Below are positions 12,276 through 25,664 of a DNA stretch of 64,000 nt, in pieces. The translations under genes were made by a program, and so were the position numbers. Where the stretch lies: NCBI RefSeq assembly GCF_006345805.1, contig NC_042997.1:88722001-88786000 (forward strand), read 5' to 3'. Origin of the DNA: Octopus sinensis. Its lineage: Eukaryota. The notes under the pieces were generated by a model. It saw only the letters and a program-made list of their open reading frames with translations, did not search any database and was not told the DNA's origin. The first letter of the stretch is position 1. The number at the start of each line of letters is the position of its first letter.

Positions 12276-12692
12276 ACTGTACATGCATATCATCTCAATA
12301 TACAAAGTACTCAACTATTTTATGTTAGCAATATCATCATAAGTTTGATACACTATAAAGAAAGTCCCACTGATTGATAGGCTAGTAATGGTCAGCAATT
12401 AGCATGAATTTGATTGGAAATGAACATAGAAAAGGTGTATGTTTGTGTATTAAGAGATGTAATAAAGATTAGCACTTCAGGAATATTCCTTTTGTCCTAC
12501 TCTAAAACCATCATCATCACTGCAGGACACCCCTCCACTATTACAGTTACTATTCAGCTGCAACACAGTTACCACCACCAACAACAACAACAACAACAAC
12601 AGCAACAAAACCATACTAATGCCATCAATACCATTAATAGTATTGTATCTACTACCACAACTTCTACATTTTCATTCATTTCTTATTTTCAG

Positions 12693-12806
12693 AACCAGCT
12701 GTCCTTCATCCTTGCTCAGAATGTCACAGATGTTCTCAATGCTGCTTTTGATGATGACTTTCCAAAACTGACCATTCCATTCTTACAAGTTCAAAGTAAA
12801 CTTTAA
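12693..12806 (+). CDS. LONP2: LONP2 terminal coding exon (NQLSFILAQNVTDVLNAAFDDDFPKLTIPFLQVQSKL*), PTS1 signal SKL
   Basis: Polypyrimidine tract with ttttcAG, the VLNAAFD motif, and C-terminal SKL then TAA. The SKL distinguishes peroxisomal LONP2 from mitochondrial LONP1. Confidence 0.95.
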   Translation, partial: NQLSFILAQNVTDVLNAAFDDDFPKLTIPFLQVQSKL

Positions 12807-13044
12807 AAAAATTCTGGACAACACTATTTGTAAAAAAAGAAAAAAAAACTAACCAAATTTTAATATTATTGGTATATTGGTATTAACACTAACAATAGTG
12901 AACTGAGCTGGAAAGATGTATGCTATTTAGCTTGGTACCATACTGTTCTGAGTTCAAATTTTATTAAGGTAGTCTTTACCTCTCATCTTCTCAGGCCAAA
13001 TGAATTAAATACTGGTATTTATTACACAGAAGTTGATTCAAACA

Positions 13045-13050
13045 AATAAA
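13045..13050 (+). promoter_or_regulatory. Candidate polyadenylation signal for LONP2
   Basis: First clear AATAAA I noticed, about 240 nt after the stop codon. AATAAA is common in AT-rich DNA and there is no transcript evidence. Confidence 0.2.
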
Positions 13051-13790
13051 CTGCTCCCCTTCAAATGTGTCATCTTGGACCTATATAGCATATTATTATC
13101 ACTATTTTGAATAGTGGTAAGTGAGGGAGAGTGTAGGGATCCAAACAAAATACCTCACAGCATTTAATTATATTTCTTTAAAGTCAATCTGAACCCCTCT
13201 GTGTTTACCTTTCATTCTTCCATGGTCGATAAAGTAAGCACCAGTCAAGTGCTGGGTCTATTTGATCAACTACACCCCCTCCCTACAAATTTATGGCCTT
13301 GAGCCAATGTTTGTTATTTTGCTGATAATACATTTTTGTGGTTATTTGATATACATCAGTCTTGTTTTAATCTCTCTAACTGTTTCATAGCTGTTTTCTT
13401 ATGCTTGCATGAGTTTTGATGGGATTTTCTATTTATTTATTGTTACATGCATTGAAAGTAGATGAAATGGGAAATAGCAGTGGCGAAATAAAGATAAAAA
13501 TTTTGCAGGTTGGAGGTGTAGGGGCTGGCATGGCTGTCTGGTTGATACTTCTCAACCATGTGATCTTGAGTTCAGTCCCACTATGCAGCACCTTAAGCAA
13601 GTATCTTCTACTATAGGCCCAGGCCAACCAAAGCCTGGTGAGTGAATTTGGTAGATAGAAACTGAAGCCTGTTGTGTGTGTGTGTGTGTGTGTATGCATG
13701 CATATGTGTATGTGTGTGTGTATATGTCTGTTTATGTATAAGTACCTCTATGTATATGTGTGTGCATACATATGTGTGTATCTATGTATA

Positions 13791-13940
13791 TGTGTGTGCA
13801 TACATGTGTGTATGTATGTATATGTGTGTGCATACATGTGTGTATGTATGTATATGTGTGTGCATACATGTGTGTATGTATGTATATGTGTGTGCATACA
13901 TGTGTGTATGTATGTATATGTGTGTGCATACATGTGTGTA
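13791..13940. repeat. 32-bp minisatellite (TGTGTGTGCATACATGTGTGTATGTATGTATA), about 5 units
   Basis: Near-exact higher-order unit visible inside a TG/TATG tract that follows a SINE head at 13512. Confidence 0.8.
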
Positions 13941-15477
13941 TATGTGCATATGTGCCACTGTATGTATATGTATTATGTATGTTTTTGTCTGTGTGTGTAC
14001 TCTTGTCTTGACATCATGTGGTAGATGTTGTACATTTCCAGTCTTCCATGAAACACTTGTCTGGCCATGGAGGAGGATTGGTGATAAGAAGGGTATTCTG
14101 CTGTAGAAAATCTGCAACAAATTCCATTTGACTCATGTAAGCATAGACAGGTGGATGCTAACTGATGATGATGAAGGTGATGGATACATAGAGGAGCAAA
14201 GTGGAGAGATGCTGCAAGTTGAGTCTTTACAAAGTTCTTAGGTTCTTTTGTAGAAGGTAATAACATAGGGGCTGGTGTTGCAGATATAATTTGTTGAAAA
14301 ATAAATAGAATAACCGAATTACTAATAAATGATAAAAATAATAATGATTAAAATATTGATGGGTAATATGGTGGCCATCATCATCATCATCAAACATTTT
14401 GTGTCTGGTTTTCCTTGCTGGCATGGGTTGGAGGAGATTTTTTTGAGTTAGTGTTCTATAATCAGATGCCCTTAATGCCAATTCTTTTAGTAGCTGCCTG
14501 TAACATGTAGAAATATGGTGTAGATATTCTAAAAACTGGGATATGGATATAAAAGCTAGGATACACTCAGACACCTCACAAAATAGAATTTACATCCAAG
14601 CAGAAAGACCAGTTTTGTAAAGGCCTAGAAAGAGCACTGAAAATCTGTCGAGATATCATAATCATTATTGTAGAAAGTGACTTTAATTAGCAAGCTATTA
14701 ACCCTTTCATATTCAGATTATCCTGTCAAATGTAATGTTTTGTTTATTTATATTGTTTTGAATTAATCATGTATTATCATGTAGATTAGAGATTTTGATG
14801 ATGTGATTGCTTAGTTTTAGAATGACATTGAGGTGATAGGCCAGATCTGACCAGTTCCAACATGAAATAGGTTAAATATTTGTGCCAGATATGGCTAGTT
14901 TGAATGCTAAAGAGTTAAAACATTCTGATAGTTAAGCATGTTATCCCACACTTTATGATAGATACACTGGTGTGCATCACAACTCTGGTCATGGTACAAA
15001 GAATGGATGGACAAGCAGAGATGGTAAAGTCATACCTAAACTTTTGAAATTAGTTGTTATTAATGCTTTTTGAACCATTAATCTTTTTTTATCTTTTGAT
15101 TATTAAAACACTGACAAGACTTCTCTTCACTCTCATCTTCTTGCTTGGAACAAGAAGAAGATATGATCTTTAATGCTTTTTTTACCACAGATCTATTGAA
15201 ATGCAATTTCATTGTCTAAATTAATTTTGAAAAATGATTGAGGGGTCAAGCTCTGGTACTATGGATATGTGATAAGAATGTCACATGAAAGAATTGCCAG
15301 ACAGGCTCTAAGCCAAAACAACTGGCAGGAGATCTAGGGGTAGACCAATAATGAGATATTTGGATAATAGCCATAGCCTCAGTTGGTTACACTTGGGAAT
15401 ACAACAGGAAAGTGTAATGATGGTTGCTTCTGATAATATCCTATGGAGGAAGTACTAGAGGACCCTACCCCAACAAC

Positions 15478-16130
15478 CCTGGGTATCTTGGTGGATTCTT
15501 CCTTTTCGCCTTCGGCCCAGTGCGTCCATGCTGCCAACAAAGCACGTGGTGTTCTGTTTTTGATTCGACGGTCATTCGGAATGCTCACAGCAGCCATATT
15601 CCTACCGCTCTATGTCACGCTGGTGAGACCCATATTGGAGTACGGGATTCAAGCCTCTTCTCCTTATCTCCTCAAAGACATACATCATCTCGAAAGAGTC
15701 CAGAAGCTGGCTACCCGCATGGTTCTTGGTCTCAAGCATTTGCCTTATGAAGAAAGGCTGAAGACGCTCGACCTTTATTCTCTAGAAAAACGACGATGCC
15801 GTGGTGATCTCATTCTTGCTCACAACATCATAAGCGGAAAGTGTAACCTCTCGAAAGAGCTGTTCTTCACTCCTGCTCCAGAGCGTCGGCTGCGGGATCA
15901 CTCCGAAAAGCTCTCAATTGAAGGAGAGGGGCTTTCTCCGTCCGGGTTGTGGATCCGTGGAATAAGCTGCCGGACGAGATAGTGAAGATGTTGACGACCG
16001 CTCGGTTCAAAGTCTCCCTTGACTACAAATGGGCTGAACTCTTTGCATGAACACCACCCTGTACATAACTCCATGTCCCCCTACATGGCCTTGCTTTTTG
16101 AACCAAAAAATTAACTTAACTTAACTTAAC
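15478..16130 (+). mobile_element. 5'-truncated CR1-clade LINE (RT C-terminus, 3' UTR, (TTAAC)4 tail)
   Basis: LGILVD...AANKARGVL..IRRSF...LY.TLVRPILEYG.QA.SPY..KDI..LERVQK.ATR...GLKHL.YEERL..L.LYSLE.RR.RGDLI is the CR1 3' signature. The short tandem tail is at 16111-16130. Confidence 0.92.
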
Positions 16131-19100
16131 CCTCCCAGGAATAGTAGGCAGAGAAAATGGATGGATTATTAAGCAAGTGTTTAGAACAGGCAATCTGTAG
16201 CTCACTGGACTTTCTGAATGGCATGCCTAACAAAAAAATTATCTTGAATTTTTTAGTAGTGCAGCCTACCTGATGATGGGCTATATCTCATGTGGCCTGC
16301 TTATCAGAAAAGGTTGCCCATACATTTATGATGGAAGGTTTTAATGTAGATCAATTTAAAACAAAAAGTTCATATCATAGAACCATGGCCAGTCTCAGGC
16401 CATGGTATCAAATGGGTTCAATAGGTTATTCTCCACTCATTGTCAGTTGTTTTATTTATCATATTTACACAGTTGTTGTTTAGTTCTAGCTTAACTCTGA
16501 TTGAGCAGAATTATGATCAATGGCCCTGTCCCTGAATCTTTGATCAAGCCATCTTTTTTTAAAGGCATAGTGATCTATGACTACATTGTCCAGTGCATCC
16601 TTCCTTTTTGAAGATGGTGTGAGAACTTGTATTTACTGATAATAGGCTGGAAAGAATAAATGAGAAAGAGACTACATCTACAACTGTGAGATGTGAATAA
16701 ATTAAAGATACGAAGATTGAAAGTTGGAGATCTTAAAAGGAGTGGTATCAAATGTATTGAAGATTAATTTTAGGAGTAGCATAGCTATGACTGCTGTTGT
16801 TTAGCTCTAGATGATGAAATCCAATGATGAAATGTATTCAAGCTGTCACCATCCTGTCTTTTTGTATATTCTGAACTATATTATTCAGTGTTTAATTCTT
16901 TATTGAAGACAGTAAGGTTTCTCGCAGGATGTGTAACTGCATTTGTTGGTTTGAGTGATAGTTCACACACAAAATTTCAATGTAGAGCTTTTGGCATATG
17001 GCATTCAGTACATTACCCACTAACTTATTTATCAGATTTCATGCCATTGACCTATTTGAGTTATTTCCCATAGCTCATTTCCTATCTTTAGTTCAGATGA
17101 TGCACATGTTCACTCTATTATGCACGTAACACAGACCTCCACCATACCACTCCAACAAATTGAGAGGAAGCACAACATGAATATGAGAGAAAGCAAATTC
17201 AGGTGTTGTTATTTCAAACATCACCTATTTCAGATACATCAGTAAGAGAACTGCAACCACGCTGGCCAATTGCATAAGAAGCTAAAAGAACGACTTTGAT
17301 ATTAAATGAAAAATTCTAAAACAAAGCAGACTACACACTCACATGACTAAAATGTGAACAGTGGGAAAAGCATGCATTTTGAAAAACCTGAGAAATTACA
17401 AATTACAAAAATGCCAGAGCAGAATTTTCTTCAGATGTCCTCACTTTGACAAATACATTCTCAGCCAGTGGAAAATTCTATTCGTACTAGACTAAAGTGT
17501 AATCTGGCAACCACCTAATCTCTCTGTATTTGCAACAGATTTCCCTTCTCCTCACCTATTAATCCTTTATTCTCCTTTTTTTGCGATGCAATTCAGTAAT
17601 GTCTCCCCTATATCATTGGTCTTGACTTTGTCGGTTGTCGTATACTGTCAAAGTATAAAGTTACATCTTATAATGATATACAATACCTTTCCAACACACA
17701 TAACCATTCGCTCATATCTTTAGTTTCACATTTTATTTAGTTCCAACCACACTGCATGGTACACAACCCAGACGAGCAGCTCACATCTTTTCTATTGACA
17801 CACACCACTGAACAAGACTTGTACCTTCCCGCTTCACACCCAAATGGACCATATTGCCACATATTTCCCACGTTTATTGCACACGCAACTATATAAAACT
17901 AAGTGCTTTCGTCGTATGGTTACTTATGAAGCGTATTTAAGCTTATTACCCACATTATATTCCATTATTGAGCTAGATACACGTTTTCATGATAGTCGGC
18001 GACATCCAAGCAGTAATTATACGACAGATAAGGTCACAGATCGAATCTGTAGCGTACTGGAAACTATTCTGGAGGTTCTTTCTAAAGAAGTAACACAGCA
18101 ATATGGTTTAGAAGATAAATGTCGCGCCTAAATTACAAATTATGTCAGTAAATGTGAAGAACAGGTGTGACAGATTTGAGTTAGGGACGACACTGAAATT
18201 GTATGGAAGAGTATCAGAAAGGCACTGTGGCAATGGTCTTTGGGTTTACTAAAGTGAAGTGCGAAAACTAACTCAATGATAACTACATTAAAATTCAGAA
18301 CGAACTCCTAATTTTGCGTAGTGCTCAAAGATTCTGAATTATGAACAGAAGATCGTTGGATAAAATGCAATTCGAAGGCATTCTATAAATAACAGATTTT
18401 TTTTTATATCTAACCTTTACCAAAGTAGACAACACGGAACTTCGGAACTGTCGTCAAGAGATGTGACAAAGGACTAAATACACTCAAATCGAATCCCAAA
18501 CCAGAAATATAACCCAATGTATTGCTTCACTTTTCCAGCAAGATCCTTTGGTCTCACCATCAAATTCCGAAGGACAGAGCTGCTCCGTTATTTACTTCAG
18601 CAGCTCTGATTTTCAGCTTTGTCGATTGTACGCCGCTAAAGGTTGTTGGCTCCTTCACATGCTATAAGTCCCTTGTAAACAATAAGACGATTAGATATCG
18701 ACTCGGATTTATAAATACAAGTATCACATTTGGTAAACTTATTCATCACGGTTATGTAACATCACGTCTTTTGACACCAACATGGATCACTACAAGATAA
18801 TAATTCTGATAGTTTTCTGTTTTTCGGAGGCATTGATTTTTTCCCCCGTGTCTGAATTATACCGGTGACACCAATGAAAAATCCCTTTCTTTTTCTTTGT
18901 TGGGAGAAAAGAGAATTTACAGTAAAAACAAACCCTCAGCCCTCCCTCCAGGGTGTAAATTACGCGAGAAAGAAAAGAAAAAAATTAAATTAACGATAGA
19001 CAAAAACATGTGCCTTCTCGCACATAAACACATTATTCATACATATACAAACATACGCAGACGCAAATATTGAAGTACTAAATGGCTCTCCCTCACTTGT

Positions 19101-19139
19101 CCTTCCCATTAATGCCATTGCTCAACCAATTCTGAACGA

Positions 19140-22100
19140 TCTTGCCAGGTCAGGTCTGTTGTATGCAGCATCGGATCCTACTACTGGTAAACTGTAAACC
19201 AGTACAACCTGTGTCAGTGGGGTAGAAAGGGCTCCTTAGCCGTAGTGAAGGCAATCTATCTAGGGAGATAACCTTACAATAAATCACTTGGTCCGTAGCT
19301 TAGAAATACTGGGTTGACGTCCAGCGGGAACAGCTTTGTTTCATGGAGGAGGAAAGATCTTCTTTAGTACTTGGTTGTACAATGCTTTCCAATGTGTGTA
19401 GTAGTGGCGCGCGCACACATTATTAGCCATTTGAAAAGACTGGAATTTACAATTAACTGCATCAGGGTTCCTCTTCCCCAGGGAACCAGACCTAATGGTA
19501 TACCTGCGGATGTAGGTCCAGCCCCTGCTTTGCCGGGTCCTGTCTCTGATCACGTTGCACCTCCAAGGGCATCCATTGATGGTGATGCCCTCAATCTTAA
19601 CAGACGGGTATCACCTGATGGAGAAGAGTCAGCTCCCAACCAAACAACACAAAACAAACACCTCATCAGCTGTAAAAATCATACGATACTCAGCACCTTC
19701 AATGCCCGCACGCTCGGCTCTCTTGGCCGTCTAGAAGAACTTGGTGCAAATGCAGAATCACATGGCATTGATATAATTGCTGTCCAAGAACACCGATTTT
19801 ACCACCCTGACAACATCCTCAAATACCATCAAGTCGGTTCTTATCAACTTGTAACCTCCTCAGCATCAAAGAATACTGTTAATTCAACAGTTGGAGGTAT
19901 CGGATTTCTACTTTCATCAAAAGCCAGTGATACTCTCTTGAGTATAGAGTCAATCTCACCTAGAATTATGGTGCTTGAGAAAGATGGAAACCCGAAAACA
20001 ACATTGGTATGTGTGTATAGCCCACATAATTCGTCTGTGGCAGACGAGATTGAGAATTTCTAAATAACCCTTCGTTCAACCATTGAGCAAGTACCTCTCC
20101 ATAATTTTCTAGTTATAGCTGGTGATCTGAATGCTAGACTAGGACCCGATGAGACCAAGTTTACTTTCAACTCTAAAACTAATCGGAACGGAGAAATGCT
20201 CAAAGACTTCTTGGAGGAATTTAATCTCTACACCTCCAACAATTCTTTTATGAAACCAAAAGGTCAACTTTGGACATTTGAGTCCCCACTTGGTGATAGG
20301 GCACAAATTGACTACCTCATCTTTCGAAAGAAGTGGCGCAATAGTGTTAAAAACTCGAGATCCTACTCTTCCTTTAGTTCTGTCGGCTCTGACCACCGAA
20401 TTGTATCAGCTACCGTTAAGCTTAGTCTTCGCTCATCCAAAAAAGCTAAGCCTCACCCGATGAAAACGATCGACCGGGAGGAAGTCTTATCTAACCCCAA
20501 TATGTCCAAACAATTTACTATTGAGGTCTATAACACATTTCAATCTTTGTCTACTTCTGAAATAGATGCTGAGAACATTGAAGAAGTATACAGAAGCCTC
20601 ATCAAATCAACAGAGGAAGTTGCACTGGCTACTCTTCCCAAAAAGAAGAGTAGGGGCCAGAGCAAACCTAATTCCCCAAATGTCATCGATGCCAGAAGCC
20701 ATCTAAAGTCTATATCACTAGCTTACCACCGTTCTCCATCCCAGTCACTGAAGATCCAACTCATAGCTGCCAAGAAGAATCTTGGTGAGGCTTACTTGAA
20801 CGCCGAGGTCGACCTTATCAATGGCAAAATTAGTAAACTATCCAAAGAGCACATTAGTAAAAAACACCATCTCACCTGGAAATCCATCAAAGACCTATCA
20901 GGCAAAAATTCTGGGTCATCAATTAGAATTAAAGGGGGATCAGCTAAGAAGCGTTTAGAAAACTGGTCAACCCATTTTAAAAACCTCCTTGGGAAGAATG
21001 CCAAAATCCCTGATAACCCCACTCTTCCAAGTGTGCCTATATCAGACACGCTGGACATCAACACCTCCCCTTTTACCATATTTGAACTAACAGTAGCCAC
21101 CAAGCAACTAAAAGCCTCGAAAGCATTTGGTCCCGACAACATCCCAGCTATAATTTGGAAGGATGATGGATTTCACACACTTTTGCTCAACCTCTGCAAC
21201 CACACACTTTCCACCTTTGTCGCTCCAAAGATTTGGCACCAATCTCAAATCATCCCAATACCTCAAAAAGGCGATTTATCCCTCGTCACCAACTACAGGG
21301 GTATATCTCTAACGTCAATTGCTGCAAAACTGTACACAAACTAATCCTAAATCGTCTTGTCCTTTTTGTTGAACCTTTGCTCCGAAAGAACCAAAATGGA
21401 TTCAGACATGGGCGCTCAACGCTGAGCCAGATACTATGCCTACGCAGACTTATTGAAGAATCAAAAGCATTTAATCGCGATCTTGCAATGGTATTTGTAG
21501 ACTTTTCTAAAGCGTTCGATTCTGTAGATAGGTACAAGATGTTTGAAATCCTTAAGCTCTATGGGATACCAGACAAAATCATTTCTGCCATCAAGGTCCT
21601 CTACACAGATACGTCTTCAACCATCTTAACCCCTGACGGAGAAACATCATCTTTCTCAATCAAAGCCGGAATACTGCAGGGAGACACACTCGCCCCATTT
21701 CTTTTCATCATTATTGTTGATTATGTGCTACGTATGTCAGTTGATACCATCTCTGGCAAGGGCTTTGAAATAAAACCAAGAAGAAGTTCCAGACACCCAG
21801 CTGAGTACTTGACAGACACTGACTTTGCTGATCAGTGATTCTCTCTCCAATACCCAGTCTCTTTTACAATCTCTTGAACAAGCCTCAAATTGTGTAGGTC
21901 TTTACTTCAATGAGGCCAAGACTGAATACATAAACAAGTGCCTGTCCAACAGTGATTGCATCAGCCATACTCTCAACAATGCGCCCTTAAATATGGTTTC
22001 TGATTACAAATATCTTGGGTCATACATATCATCATCTGGAAAAGACTTTCTAACTAGAAAGGGTATGGCCTGGTCAGCCTGTAATGACATGCATACGATC

Positions 22101-22575
22101 TGGTCATCAAATCTAAGTAGAGACTTCAAACTTGAAATCTTCAAAGCCACAGTCGAACCAATTCTACTATATGGCTCAGAAACCTGGACGTTATCAAAGA
22201 AGTTTGAGAGGTGGTTGGATGGAACCTACACTCACCTTCTTATGAGAGCTCAAAATATCTCGTGGAAGCGCCATCCAACCAAAATGCAAATATATGGGAA
22301 ACTACCACATGTGTCATCTCTTGTGAAAGGTAAGAGAGTCCAGTTTGCTGGACATTGTTGTAGAGCTGAAAAAGAGGTAATTTCTACTCTTCTCCTCTGG
22401 AAGCCATCTACTCGCAATACCAGAGGGCGCACACTCTCCTACCCTGATGTAATCTCCAGGGATACAGGCATCCAGCAACAGGACCTCTGTAATGCCATGA
22501 TGGACCGTGAAGTCTGGCGTAGCATAGTAAATTGCATTGTCTCGACCACGGTCGAACAATGATGATGATGATGAT
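19140..22575 (+). mobile_element. Near-full-length RTE-clade LINE (APE endonuclease plus reverse transcriptase), inactivated; 5' boundary approximate
   Basis: APE motifs STFNARTL, IAVQEHR, GDLNAR, QIDY and SDHR; RT motifs NYRGISL, QNGFR, VDFSKAFD, GILQGDTLAPFLF, DFAD and YLG; (TGA)n tail at 22560-22574. One nonsense codon (20061-63) and two frameshifts (about 21335 and 21835). Confidence 0.95.
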
Positions 22576-23348
22576 TCTATTTAGAAAAGAAAGTACCCTT
22601 GAAGACTTCCATATAAGATGCATGTAGGCCATCTGTAGTATCATTTACAAAGATAAGGTTATGGATAGCAATATTTTCATTTGGAACAAACTGGGAAAGA
22701 TTGAAGGCTTAGTTATTAAATGTTAGTCATGATGTCTACGATATGCTTCCAACAGACAAAGACAAGCTAAAAGAGGAAGTTGATCATATAAATCTGAATA
22801 TCCAAGCCAGAAATTTTCTTTTTTAAAACACTACCACGTTAAACACAAGCACAAGTGGACTTCCACACGGTCGCTTGATTTGCGAGAAAATAACAGCCAA
22901 ACCTCCTTTAGATAAAAAGGACATACTGGAGAATCATAGGGATACAAAAAGGCTGGATGGTCATGGATGGCATACCTTTGCTCATAGATCAGCTGGATTG
23001 GGTGGCGTATATGATACACAACAACAAAAACATCAATAACAAAAATGATAGGGAGAACTTGTCTGCCCTTAATAAAAGCAAGACATGAAGTGATTGTTTC
23101 GTGACATAAAACAATATTTTTCTAATGTAATTTTAATTAGTAAAATCCTTGCATTGTCACACACAGCTTTATCTTCAACTCGGCATTTATGTATTGTCAT
23201 CTTATTATTTACTCCACACCCACTGTTTATTTTTTAACCCACTTAAAACGTTCATACACAATCACGCAAGCAATGTATATGTAATATGTGTATGTGTATG
23301 TGCTTGTGTGTGTGTATGCATGTATATATATATATATATATATATATA

Positions 23349-24433
23349 GTAGTAACAGAAAAGAGGAATTTCGATTATCCCCACGTGGTGAGTTGTAATG
23401 TATATAAGAAATTAGAAAAGGAAAATACGCACACTTACATAGTTTTAATATAATTTTTAATATATCGACCGGTTTCGCTATCACTATTCATGATATTATG
23501 TTTTACTTACTTGAATATATATTTTTTTTCTTAAGAAGAAATTTGGTCCATGTTGTGTGTGATGAAATTCACGAGTGAATGACTTCACAAGTAGATAAAT
23601 AAAGGGAGATAATTGGTTGTTATTATTGTTATTGTTGTGTGTAATGGAGATAACTGTTCAGCTTTCGATAATGGGTGGGGATTAAATATGTGGTACAGAA
23701 CGGAGACAGGTTTCAAAACCTTGTTTAGTAGGGGGTTTATGTACAGTGATGTAATCGTGAATTGAAATATGTAAAAATATAAAAGTTGGTTATGCGTGCA
23801 TATTAAAACGTGTTTTGTATTTTTCAATGAAAAAAGTTTCTTTATTTAAAGAGAAATTGCGTCTTTGCACTGGTAGAAAGGGAAGACTGTGAAATTTGGT
23901 TTGATGTTACCTGCACATTTTTCTATATGTTCACTGAAAGGAATTTGTCTGTATTGCGGGAAACGGATTTGCTCCTTATGTAGAGTGGTTCTCTTTCTCA
24001 AGGTCATACTCGTTTGTCCAATGTACTGGTGTTCGCAACCCGAGCAGGTTATTACATAAATTAGGTTCTCAGAGGCACAGGTGAAACTAGTTTTAATTGG
24101 GAACCCCTGTCCTTGTTTGAAAAGGAAATCCGAGCCTTCAAGCAGGTTGGGGCAGGTTCCACAGTTTGGGCGTCCACCAGTTTGCGGACACCAGTACATT
24201 GGACAAACGAGTATGACCTTGAGAAAGAGAACCACTCTACATAAGGAGCAAATACGTTTCCCGCAATAAGACAAATTGGCTTCCCTTAATGTTCGTATAT
24301 CTATTTCATTAACTCGTTTAATGCCTGCCTTTACTTTTTGGGATTTCCAATGTGCATTTTCGCTTATTTTTCTTCTTAATTTTCCCTTTTTATACACGTG
24401 TAGTTTCGATTTTCTTTTTTAAGATATTTCTAC
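23349..24433 (-). mobile_element. Penelope-like element 3' fragment: GIY-YIG endonuclease with inverted 5' segment, flanked by (TA)n
   Basis: RPNCGTC...FTCASENLIYVITCSGCEHQYIGQT...LRKRTTLHKEQI...FSEHIEKC...F.VFPFYQC, continuing after a frameshift as KETFFIEKYKTRFN. Segment 23942-24038 is inverted at 24182-24277. Confidence 0.88.
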
Positions 24434-24689
24434 TATATATATATATATATATATATATATCCAAAATTATGGAATAGAGTATGAATTTCTATTCGCATAC
24501 ACAGCAACCCCTGCTGCTAACTGTAAGCTAAAGAATAATTTTTTCAGCTTATCAAACATCGATTCGGGAAAAATTTACAACCTTCTAAGTCAATAAATCA
24601 CTATTGTTCCTGAAAGTTGCTTTTTATACCTTCTACAGACTGCTCGAAGTTTACTATCTTCTTACACTTTGATCCTTGGATCTTACCTT

Positions 24690-24720
<31 letters not shown>

Positions 24721-25348
24721 GCACGCACGCACGCACACACACATACACACACGCACACACACAAACACCACACACACAAACACACACATATATACTTAAG
24801 ACAATTTTATATATGTTTGAGAGATATTTGAACTTCTAAAGGCTTTCCACAGCAGTTTGTCGTGGAGAAAAAAAATATTCCCGCTTGAGACAAAAAGGTG
24901 TTAAAACACCAAAGCTCAGGACGGTCGCCATTGGCCTGATGGATGCATTTCGAACTCGTTTGTTCTCTACACCACCAGACACCAAAAGAGGCACTTTGCC
25001 GTGTTATGCCGATGAATGGGATGGGCGGTATTTGTTCACATAACTGAGTTTTATGCTCACGTAATAGATGCCTACAAATCTCATGAAACACGTGTACATT
25101 ATATAAAATATTAATACCACCTACTTTTTCTGCGTTCTTTTTGCATATTCGTCTCGCGGACTACACATACTAGCTCATCCGGAAATATGGAGATTGTCTA
25201 ACCATCTGATAGACAGGAGCTGAGTAGGAAACCGATCTGTCGTGCCCATACGTTTTGGTAGCGTGTCGCACCTTTCGGCACATCTTTTGAAACGTATGTA
25301 TGTATGTATGTATGTATGTATGTATGTATGTATGTATGTATGTATGTA

Positions 25349-25384
<36 letters not shown>

Positions 25385-25664
25385 TGTGTGTGTGCGTGCG
25401 TGCGTGTGTGTGTGTGTGTGCGTGTTCTATTTTAATTTCTCAGAGCTCTCGATCTTACTTGCTCCGGTTAATTCTGTGAGAGCTGACAATCTACTGTCAA
25501 AAGTCTCACAGGGTCTCTAAGGATCTCTTTCCATGAATTGGTACCTAGATGTTAAGTATCGTGGAAGATATCTTATATAATAGTCTTATTTTTATCACGT
25601 GCTTTCACTTCGCTACCGAGCGCAGCTCTATGTGCCTTGAGTATGTGCTACGATTTGTTTTTGT

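Noticed and set aside
12414-12692. Upstream part of ORF 12414-12806 with poly-Q
   Set aside because: It is intronic (CAA)n read-through. The real exon begins at the AG acceptor at 12691-92.
16270-16300. CTGATGA followed by a hairpin
   Set aside because: There is no GAAA half-core or stem III.
17844-18800. ORFs 17844-18131 and 18522-18800 in unique sequence
   Set aside because: No recognisable domain or convincing splice context. They may be UTR or intergenic.
19110-19320. Possible HDV-like ribozyme in the RTE 5' UTR (hairpin TACTGGT/ACCAGTA followed by CAA-CCTG)
   Set aside because: RTE elements can carry such ribozymes, but I could not fit P1, P1.1 and P3 in the required order. A covariance-model search is needed.
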